This document shows, piece after piece, positions 18,854-26,218 of a stretch of 64,000 nt of DNA. Numbering within the stretch: the stretch's first letter is position 1; every line of letters starts with the position of its first letter. The position numbers and the translations under genes are program-made. This DNA comes from an uncultured Bacteroidota bacterium. GTDB lineage: Bacteria > Bacteroidota > Bacteroidia > Bacteroidales > SZUA-534. The stretch covers positions 39,710 to 103,709 of the forward strand of contig CAMJCK010000002.1 in NCBI GenBank assembly GCA_946404125.1, given 5' to 3'. The notes beneath the pieces were generated by a model. The model was not told the origin of the DNA. It did no database searches and worked only from the letters and a program-made list of their open reading frames with translations.

Positions 18854-20935
18854 TTAAAACTCCCATCCCGCCATAATCGAAAAATTCCGGCCAGCCTCCG
18901 GCACATCAATAAGCCGGTAATAACTGGTGTGGTCATAATAGCGCTTATTCAGCAGATTATCAGCGTGAAGCGACAGACTAATGCTGCTTTCCGCAAAGCG
19001 AAATCTGTGGCTTGCCGACAGACTTAGCGTCCAATAGCCGTCAGTTGGTTTTTCTGGCGGCACTATATTGTCCTGTTTCCCAACTATATGCACGTTCAGC
19101 CCGACAGAACCCTCGCCGTGCCGCTTGTGGCTGTACTTGAGCCCCGCATCGGCCGACCACGGCGTTGAGAACGGCAGCGTGTAGCCTTTTTTCGCGCCCG
19201 ACAGCTGTTCGGCATACAGATACTCGCCTTTCAGTTCGGCATCAATGTGCCGCGTTATTTTGCAAGTGGTCTGACACTCAACACCATAGCGCAAGACTTC
19301 GGCCTGCGTGTAATGGTACAGTTGCAGCCCTTCCTCGTATAACGACGTGGGGTTCAGATAGATATAGTTCGGGAAATAATTCACGTACGGCTCAATCTGA
19401 ATGCTGGCCACCTTGTTTGCCCAATAGGCGCTCACGTCAAGTTGGTACGACACTTCGGGGTTGAGTTCGGCATTGCCGCGCTCGTAGCGGAAAATGTGAT
19501 AGTTGATGCCGTCGGCGCCCAACTCTTTCGGAATCGGTATGCGGAAGCTCTTGCCCACATTGGCTTTCAGCACCCAATCGGTAGCCTCGTAACTTGCCCC
19601 AACCGACCACGTCAGATTATTGAAAGTCAGGTCGGTATCGGCAGAGCGCTGCTTAAAAACCGAATCGGCGCCAACGGGCGTTTTGTACCAGTCGTCGTAA
19701 CTATGAATGTGCGTCTGCGCGAAATCGTAGCGCAAACCGGCATTAAGTTTCAGTTTGTCAGTCGGTTGCCACTTGTCAAGAAGATAGGCGCCGTAGCTCC
19801 CGGTTTCGAAATCCGGAATAATGAATCCCCAGCCTGTTCGTCTATTATGCTGATATTCAGTATTGATGCCAGCGTTTAGATTGTGCTCCGCCAGCGCCAT
19901 TTTCAGCCCGATGTTGGCCGTATAGGTGCTTTTGTCGAAATGACGCTCCATTGGGCCGTCGGGTTTCGGCATATAGCCGTGCGACACCGGTTCCGAGCAC
20001 TCCTCGCGCCTGTTGTTCTGATAGGCAAGCGACACATCAACCGACAAAACACTATTTCGCCAACTGCTGTGACTCAATACTTTAAGATGGTTTACCCATT
20101 GATACGGCAAGTCAATGTCGCGCCGCGAACGGTCGTAATCGATGTCCGACAACCGCACCTCAAGTCCGTGGGCGTTGGCAAAAAATCCGCTTTTTGCGTA
20201 TGTGTCCGACACGCGCAGGTCGGTGTGAAAATTGTATCCGGCATAACCGAGCATCAAACTTCCATCGCGCTCAAGCCCGGCCGTATTGCGTAACCGCTGG
20301 TCTTTCAGCTTGATGTAGTACGAGTAGTACTGAATGCTGTCGGTGGGCACGCGGTAGTCGCCATAGTTGATAATGGTAACGTTGGCGCGGCAGAAAAGCT
20401 TTCCGGCACGCAGTCCTAACTTGGCCGAGGCGCCCAATTGTCCGTTGTTGCTCCGCCCGAACAACTGCACCGCTCCGCTCAAACTATCGGTTGGTATGTG
20501 ATTGGTATATAAGCATATAACACCGCCAATGGCATCGCTGCCATAGAGCAGAGCCGCCGGGCCTTTTATCACCTCAACGCGGTCGATGGCAAACTGGTCA
20601 ATCTCCAGACCGTGGTCATCGCCCCACTGCTGACCTTCGTGTTTTATCCCGTCTTCGGTCACAGCCATACGGTTAAAGCCAAGGCCGCGGATTGTCGGTT
20701 TCGACTGCCCCGAGCCAATGCTCATCGCCTTCACACCCGGAATGCCTTGCAGCGTCTGCATCAGGCTGCCCGAGAAATTCTGCTGAAGATAGTCACGGCT
20801 CACCTGAATCGATGATAGCGTGGTATGCGTCTGTACGGTGCGCACGACGTGGTCCGTAATGGTAACTTCCTCAATATCAATCACCGTGTCGGTCATTGCA
20901 CACAGCAACGCCGCAGCAGCAAGAAAATGTGTCAT
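18854..20935 (-). CDS. TonB-dependent receptor
   Basis: ATG at 20935 (21004 is TTG). Plug motifs GIPGVKAMSIGSGQSKPTIRGLGFNRMAVTEDG and RVEVIKGPAALLYGSDAIGGVI. C-terminus NFSIMAGWEF. Confidence 0.92.
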   Translation of the reverse strand: MTHFLAAAALLCAMTDTVIDIEEVTITDHVVRTVQTHTTLSSIQVSRDYLQQNFSGSLMQTLQGIPGVKAMSIGSGQSKPTIRGLGFNRMAVTEDGIKHEGQQWGDDHGLEIDQFAIDRVEVIKGPAALLYGSDAIGGVICLYTNHIPTDSLSGAVQLFGRSNNGQLGASAKLGLRAGKLFCRANVTIINYGDYRVPTDSIQYYSYYIKLKDQRLRNTAGLERDGSLMLGYAGYNFHTDLRVSDTYAKSGFFANAHGLEVRLSDIDYDRSRRDIDLPYQWVNHLKVLSHSSWRNSVLSVDVSLAYQNNRREECSEPVSHGYMPKPDGPMERHFDKSTYTANIGLKMALAEHNLNAGINTEYQHNRRTGWGFIIPDFETGSYGAYLLDKWQPTDKLKLNAGLRYDFAQTHIHSYDDWYKTPVGADSVFKQRSADTDLTFNNLTWSVGASYEATDWVLKANVGKSFRIPIPKELGADGINYHIFRYERGNAELNPEVSYQLDVSAYWANKVASIQIEPYVNYFPNYIYLNPTSLYEEGLQLYHYTQAEVLRYGVECQTTCKITRHIDAELKGEYLYAEQLSGAKKGYTLPFSTPWSADAGLKYSHKRHGEGSVGLNVHIVGKQDNIVPPEKPTDGYWTLSLSASHRFRFAESSISLSLHADNLLNKRYYDHTSYYRLIDVPEAGRNFSIMAGWEF

Positions 20936-20973
20936 AAATCGATTATTTGATTTAAACAAACTGATTATCAGTT
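20936..20973. promoter_or_regulatory. Two adjacent AT-rich palindromes, candidate Fur/Zur-type operator
   Basis: AACTGATTATCAGTT (20959-20973) is a perfect 7-1-7 palindrome; read on the - strand it contains TGATAATCA. AAATCGATTATTTGATTT (20936-20953) is an imperfect palindrome abutting the receptor ATG. Confidence 0.4.
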
Positions 20974-21037
20974 CGATAAATATGCAGCAAACGAGAGCCT
21001 GCAATTCGGGCCAATAAAAAAATAGCGGGATGTTTGT

Positions 21038-21379
21038 TTAAATCGTAGGAGGGGCGCGTCCGCGAATGTGCCCGTATCTGTTGCAAGGAATGAGGCTGCA
21101 CTCTGCGGTTTGGATGTATCTTGTTAATAATAAGAGTGATGCAATGGTAATCGACAGCGCCATTGCGAAAGGCAACTGGCACAGTTGGCAAATAAGGCAA
21201 TTGCTATCGGCCAGTTGAAATTCAATCAAGTGCCCCGAATGGCAAGAGTGGTGTGCGCACTGTTCGCACTCATAATCAGCGTGATACACCAGCTCGTGCG
21301 TGTGAACCGCCAGCACGGCAACGCGTGTCAGAAAAACTGCAAGCAGGAGCAGGGCCGATATGTTTCTACGCTGTTTCAT
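21038..21379 (-). CDS. Small Cys/His-rich membrane-anchored protein, first gene of the TonB operon
   Basis: N-terminal hydrophobic anchor, then HTHELVYHADYECEQCAHHSCHSGH and CLICQLCQLPF, then a second hydrophobic segment. Similar in style to the small CxxC proteins found next to metal TonB receptors. Confidence 0.5.
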   Translation of the reverse strand: MKQRRNISALLLLAVFLTRVAVLAVHTHELVYHADYECEQCAHHSCHSGHLIEFQLADSNCLICQLCQLPFAMALSITIASLLLLTRYIQTAECSLIPCNRYGHIRGRAPPTI

Positions 21380-21387
21380 TTGCGGGG

Positions 21388-21395
21388 CAAATATA
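21388..21395 (-). promoter_or_regulatory. Candidate -7 box TATATTTG
   Basis: Exact TAnnTTTG match 8 nt upstream of the ATG at 21379. Confidence 0.35.
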
Positions 21396-21404
21396 TGGCG
21401 ATTT

Positions 21405-23750
21405 TCAAATTCTCACACCCATAATCACCACATCGTCGGTTTGGTTGCTGACGGGGCCGCGCCACTCCTCAAACACGACATTCAATATTTTTTTCTGCTC
21501 GGCCATTGGTTGCTCGTGGATTTCGAGCAGCAAATCGCGCAAGCGGCGGCTCATAAATTTTTTGCCTGTCTCAGCGCCGAACTGGTCCTGAAATCCGTCG
21601 GAGAAGGTGTAGATGCAATCGCCGCGCTGAATGTCGATGGTGGTGCAGGTGAACGGGTCGAGGCACTCGTGGATGCCGACTGGCATACGGTCGGCTTTGA
21701 GCGTCTGAACCTCGTTGCCGCGAATGAGCACAAGCGGATTGTTGGCTCCGGCATACGACAGTTTCATCAGTTTTTCGTTCACAACGTATGCCGCCACATC
21801 CATACCGTCGCGGCTGCGGTCGCTGGTGTCGACTTGCGCTGTGGGGTGCTCGGCATCGTGCAGGGCGGTATGGACATCGGACCGCTGGCGCAGGTTGGTG
21901 ATTATGGCCTCGCGCAGGTGATTAAGAATCACATCCGGGCTAACGTTCTGTTCCACAATATAATTCAAATTGGCCATACCGAGCACGCTCATAAATCCTC
22001 CAGGCACGCCGTGGCCCGTGCAGTCGGCCACAATGCTGACTTTGTTGTCGCCAAACTGGCCCACCCAGTAGTAATCGCCGCTGACCACGTTGCGTGGTTT
22101 GTAAAGCACAAAGTAATCGGGGAAAATGCTGGCGATTGTCTTCGACGGCGTGAGCAGCGAGCGCTGTATGCGGCGGGCGTAGTTGATGCTGTCGTGAATC
22201 TCCTCGCTCTGCTCTTTGATTTTTTCGGCTTGCGTCTGAATCTCCTCATTCTGCGCTATAATCTCGTCGTTTTGTGCAAGAATCTCATCGTTCTGCGCCT
22301 GAATCTCCTCAGCCTGTTCGGCCAGAATGGCGTTCTTCTCGGCAAGCTCGGCATTGGCTTTGTGCTTGATATGCAGCACTCTGGCAATGTAGAATATCAG
22401 CAGCACGAACAGCCCCAAGCCGCCAATAAGCGAGATGTTGACAATGCGCATCCGTCGGCGCTCGGCGGCGTGCAGTTTGGCATCGTTCTCGCGCTTCATC
22501 TCCTCAATCATCCGCGTGCGCTCAACCTCGGCGTTTTTTATTGAGTTGAGGGCGTTCTCGTTCACTTGCTCCGACTTGTATTGGTCGTATTTTTCATAGT
22601 GGGCCAGAGCGTTTTTGTAGTCCTCAAGGAGCAGATAGACTTCGTAAAGACGCCGGTGATAGGTTTTCTTGTCGGCAGCCGGGCTGTCATCGTCAAAAAA
22701 CTTCTCCAGTTTCAGCAATATTGCCAGCGCGTCATCGTATCTGTGAAAAAACACAAGATAGTCGGCGTAAGTGTACCGGTCGAGGAGGTAGCTGAAAGGG
22801 TCGCCCACCTTCAGATTATAGTTGCCCACTTTCTTAATGTATATGTAGCAGCTGTCGGCGTAAACGCTTTTGCCCGTGTAGTTCGCCAATTGAATGTAAG
22901 CCTTGGCAAGGTCGGTGTATGCCCAATATTTTATTGTGATAAAATTCTCATTGTCAGTATTTTTTGTTTCGAACAGATAAATCGATTTTTTCAGATTCTC
23001 GATGGCGCTGGTTATCAGGGTGTCCGATTTTTTCGAGAGCAGCTGGCCAATACAACGGTAGTATGTGGCCATATCCAGGGTGTCGTTCATAAGAGTGGCG
23101 AACGCCAAGGCCTTCTGGTAGTTTTCTTCGGCGTTGGCATACAGTTTCATATGTGTGTACACATCGCCTAAATCCTTGTATGTCTGACAAATGCCTGCCG
23201 TATCTTGCAGTGTGATGTAGATGTTGAGCGCCCGGTTGAAATAGAGAAAAATGCTGTCGGGTACGTTCAAATCCTCATAGCAGAGTCCCGCACCAAGGCA
23301 GGCTTGCGCAACGTATTTGTTTTTTGAGGTGTCGTTGTACACGTGCATCGCCTTCAGAGTGTAATCCAGCGCATCGCGCGCGTCGTCTTTTATGTAATAT
23401 GCGTAGCCGAGTTCGTAGTAATCGCAGGAAATCAGCTCTGAATCAGTTGGTTGGCAGTATTCCAGCGAGAGCGCGGCATATTTCATTATGGTGTCGATGT
23501 TGTCGGAGGCAATTGCCATCCTGCAGTACTCCTTTGCTTTTTCAATGTCGGGCTCGCGTTTTTTTATCACAACGAGCTTATTGTTGAGATTGGGCTGCTC
23601 TGTTTCGGCAAGATTGGCGGTGTCAAGGTCTTCGCTCTGACTATAAGCAATTTGCGACAGCATAAACAAAACCGCTGCTGCAAAAAAAACTGTAAACCGC
23701 GACAGTGTGTGCCGTGTGGTTTTGCCACAATTGTTTTCAAAATTGCTCAT
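21405..23750 (-). CDS. TPR-repeat / TM / coiled-coil / PP2C (SpoIIE-family) protein phosphatase, paralog 1
   Basis: ATG at 23750 (23774 is TTG). Signal peptide or anchor, about 400 aa of TPR-like repeats, TM IVNISLIGGLGLFVLLIFYIA, a heptad coil, then the SpoIIE/PP2C domain (SGDYYWVGQF, ADCTGHGVPGGFMS, SDGFQDQF, TDDVVIMGVRI). Confidence 0.88.
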   Translation of the reverse strand: MSNFENNCGKTTRHTLSRFTVFFAAAVLFMLSQIAYSQSEDLDTANLAETEQPNLNNKLVVIKKREPDIEKAKEYCRMAIASDNIDTIMKYAALSLEYCQPTDSELISCDYYELGYAYYIKDDARDALDYTLKAMHVYNDTSKNKYVAQACLGAGLCYEDLNVPDSIFLYFNRALNIYITLQDTAGICQTYKDLGDVYTHMKLYANAEENYQKALAFATLMNDTLDMATYYRCIGQLLSKKSDTLITSAIENLKKSIYLFETKNTDNENFITIKYWAYTDLAKAYIQLANYTGKSVYADSCYIYIKKVGNYNLKVGDPFSYLLDRYTYADYLVFFHRYDDALAILLKLEKFFDDDSPAADKKTYHRRLYEVYLLLEDYKNALAHYEKYDQYKSEQVNENALNSIKNAEVERTRMIEEMKRENDAKLHAAERRRMRIVNISLIGGLGLFVLLIFYIARVLHIKHKANAELAEKNAILAEQAEEIQAQNDEILAQNDEIIAQNEEIQTQAEKIKEQSEEIHDSINYARRIQRSLLTPSKTIASIFPDYFVLYKPRNVVSGDYYWVGQFGDNKVSIVADCTGHGVPGGFMSVLGMANLNYIVEQNVSPDVILNHLREAIITNLRQRSDVHTALHDAEHPTAQVDTSDRSRDGMDVAAYVVNEKLMKLSYAGANNPLVLIRGNEVQTLKADRMPVGIHECLDPFTCTTIDIQRGDCIYTFSDGFQDQFGAETGKKFMSRRLRDLLLEIHEQPMAEQKKILNVVFEEWRGPVSNQTDDVVIMGVRI
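22236..22319. repeat. 4 x 21-nt tandem repeat encoding heptads (NDEILAQ/NDEIIAQ/NEEIQTQ...)
   Basis: Units at 22236-22256, 22257-22277, 22278-22298 and 22299-22319 all share xxGAATCTCxTCxxxCTGxxC. Confidence 0.8.
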
Positions 23751-23811
23751 ATCAAATTGGTTTTCAACCGTCAATATTTCTATTGGCTACTTCCTGCGCA
23801 CAGGAGTAATA

Positions 23812-23819
23812 CAAATTTA
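23812..23819 (-). promoter_or_regulatory. Candidate -7 box TAAATTTG
   Basis: Exact TAnnTTTG match upstream of paralog 1. Confidence 0.4.
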
Positions 23820-23891
23820 TGTAATTTCAATTAAAAAATATACGCAAGGTTGAAAAAGTTGGGATTCGGGCTTTGGTTTGCGTTTTTTCAA

Positions 23892-26108
23892 TCAAATCCT
23901 CACGCCCATAATCACCACGTCGTCGGTTTGGTTTTCGGCCGGACCGCGCCACTCCTTGAAGATAAGGTTCAGCAATTCGCGTTGCTCGTCCATTGTGCGG
24001 TTGTGGATTTCGAGAAGCAGGTCGAGCAGGCGGCCTTTTTGGAATTTTATGGATGTCTCGTAGTTGAACTGGTCTTGGAAACCGTCGGAATAGGTGTAGA
24101 GGCAGTCGCCTTTGCGCAGCTCCATTGTAACGGTCTTGAACGGCCTCATATCTATGGCGATACCTACCGGCATACGGTCGGGTTTGATGACCTGCACCTT
24201 GTTGTCGCGGATGAGCACCAACGGAGTGTTGGCCCCGGCAAACGAGAGCGTCATCGTTTTTTCGTTCACCACATAAACCGCCGCATCCATACCATCAAGC
24301 ACTTGGGCAGTCAGTTTCTCGGGCGTTTCCTCGCTTTGGCGGAGGTTATGCGTTATCGCTTCGCGCAGCTTGTTGAGGATGGCGTCGGGGGTAATGTCCT
24401 GGCTTACAATATAATTTAGGTTCGTCATTCCCAGCACGCTCATAAATCCGCCCGGCACGCCGTGGCCTGTGCAGTCGGCAATAATGCAAACTTTGTTGTC
24501 GCCAAACTGGCCAACCCAGTAGAAGTCGCCGCTCACCACGTTGCACGGTTTGTAGAGCAGAAAATAGTCGGGGAAGACTTTGCCGATGGCCTCTTCGGGT
24601 GTGAGCAGGGCCCGCTGGATTCGCCGCGCGTAGTTGATGCTGGCGCGAATCTCTTTGCTCTGCTGCTCAATGTGGTCGCGCTGTGTCTCAATCTCCTCTT
24701 TTTGCTCAATAAGGAGTGTGTTTTTTTGAGTGAGCTCCGCGTTTGCTTTCTTCTTGAATTTCAGTACTCTGGAGATGTAGAACACCAATAGCGAAATCAA
24801 GAACAATCCGCCGATGAGCGAGAAAATGGCGATTTGCATCTGCCGCTTTTCGGCGTTATGGATTTGCATATCTTTCTCGCGCTCAACCTTTTCAATCGTC
24901 ACGGCCTGCTGCGTTTTGGCATCCGAAAGAGCGGCCATTGTGCTGTCGTTCAGGTTTTTCCACCCATACTCGCGTTGCTTTTCCGAATGTTCGTAGGCCC
25001 GTTTGTAGTCGCCGAGCAGAAGGCAAACCTCCTTGAAACGGCGGTGATAGTCCTCGTAAGCCGCTGGCGCCGTCTCATCGTTGAAGCTGTTCCCCAGGCT
25101 CGTCATAAAGATTCTCGCCTCGTCGTACCGCTTGTAAAAAATCATATAATCGACATAGACGTAGTAGAACTTGCGGAATTCGGCTGTCGGGGCGTTTTTG
25201 ATGAAATATTTCTCGGCTTTCTGATGATAGTTGTAGCTGCTGTCGGCATATTCAGTCTTGCCGGTTTTTTGCGCAAGTTTGATGTAAATTGATGAAAATA
25301 TGCGATATACGTAGAACCGTGTGTACGAGTCGTCGGCCTCGAAAATGCCGGCGGCTTTTTTAAGGTAACCGGTTGCGGTCAGCATTTCTCTGACCGAGCT
25401 ATTCTCTTGCTCGTCAACCGATTGCGCGAGCAGAAACAGGTCGTAGCCGTATTCGTGGCTGCTTTTCCGCAGCGAGTCAATTCCGAGAGTTCTTTTGAAA
25501 TAGTCCTCCGCCTCTTTGAACAGTTTTTTGTTGAGGTATATTTCGCCCAAATGACGATAGCAGTCAACCAAGAGAATCGTGTCATTAATCTTCTTGCTGA
25601 TATCCAACGCTTTATCCATATAATGTGTCGCGCTGTCGATGTCATTCAAATCATCGAAAACGAGCGCCAGCCGCTGATATGTTTTTGCCATCATCTTTGA
25701 ATCGTCGAGCTTCGACGAATATTTGATGGATTTCTGATGGAAAAGCAGTGCGTTTTTGAACTCCTCGTCTTTGTGGTACGATTCGGCTATAGCATAATAA
25801 TTGTTTGCAAATAACGAATAATCAGTGTATTGGCAGTATTCCAGCGAGAGCAGCGCGTATTTTTGAATGGTGTCAGAAATCTCGGCAGCCATTGCTATCT
25901 CGCAGAAATACTTGGCTTTAACGCTATCAGGGCTGTCAGGCTTGATGAACGACAGAAGACTGTCGATTTTTGTTTGGTGCGGATCGACGTAAACCTCTGG
26001 TTTTATTGCCAAATTATCTTCTTGGGAATAAGCGATTTGTGGCCGTGCGAGCAATGCCGCAGCCAATAAAACAATAAGGTTTATCGATGTTAGGTAGCCC
26101 CCCCTCAT
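23892..26108 (-). CDS. TPR-repeat / TM / coiled-coil / PP2C (SpoIIE-family) protein phosphatase, paralog 2
   Basis: Same architecture as paralog 1. The catalytic half is near-identical (SGDFYWVGQFGDNKVCIIADCTGHGVPGGFMSVLGM...TDDVVIMGVRI). Confidence 0.88.
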   Translation of the reverse strand: MRGGYLTSINLIVLLAAALLARPQIAYSQEDNLAIKPEVYVDPHQTKIDSLLSFIKPDSPDSVKAKYFCEIAMAAEISDTIQKYALLSLEYCQYTDYSLFANNYYAIAESYHKDEEFKNALLFHQKSIKYSSKLDDSKMMAKTYQRLALVFDDLNDIDSATHYMDKALDISKKINDTILLVDCYRHLGEIYLNKKLFKEAEDYFKRTLGIDSLRKSSHEYGYDLFLLAQSVDEQENSSVREMLTATGYLKKAAGIFEADDSYTRFYVYRIFSSIYIKLAQKTGKTEYADSSYNYHQKAEKYFIKNAPTAEFRKFYYVYVDYMIFYKRYDEARIFMTSLGNSFNDETAPAAYEDYHRRFKEVCLLLGDYKRAYEHSEKQREYGWKNLNDSTMAALSDAKTQQAVTIEKVEREKDMQIHNAEKRQMQIAIFSLIGGLFLISLLVFYISRVLKFKKKANAELTQKNTLLIEQKEEIETQRDHIEQQSKEIRASINYARRIQRALLTPEEAIGKVFPDYFLLYKPCNVVSGDFYWVGQFGDNKVCIIADCTGHGVPGGFMSVLGMTNLNYIVSQDITPDAILNKLREAITHNLRQSEETPEKLTAQVLDGMDAAVYVVNEKTMTLSFAGANTPLVLIRDNKVQVIKPDRMPVGIAIDMRPFKTVTMELRKGDCLYTYSDGFQDQFNYETSIKFQKGRLLDLLLEIHNRTMDEQRELLNLIFKEWRGPAENQTDDVVIMGVRI

Positions 26109-26116
26109 AATTGTGG

Positions 26117-26138
26117 CCTAAAAATAAACATTTTTAGG
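26117..26138. other. AT-rich perfect hairpin CCTAAAAAT-AAAC-ATTTTTAGG
   Basis: 9-bp stem. Lies between the ispG stop and the paralog-2 ATG, 9 nt from that ATG. Confidence 0.6.
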
Positions 26139-26218
26139 TATGTGGCAACCTAATCTTCAACCTTTTGTTTAACCAATCAAAATGGTAGGTTTTTGCTGGA
26201 TTTCGGACCGCCAAACTC

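Noticed and set aside
21360-22544. Antisense ORFs in both SpoIIE paralogs (also 23850-24419) that share a conserved peptide (..H(T/A)HNHH(I/V)VGLV..) looking superficially like an HNH-type motif
   Set aside because: The conservation simply mirrors the near-identical C-termini of the sense paralogs (TDDVVIMGVRI read backwards on the other strand). There is no independent support for these ORFs.
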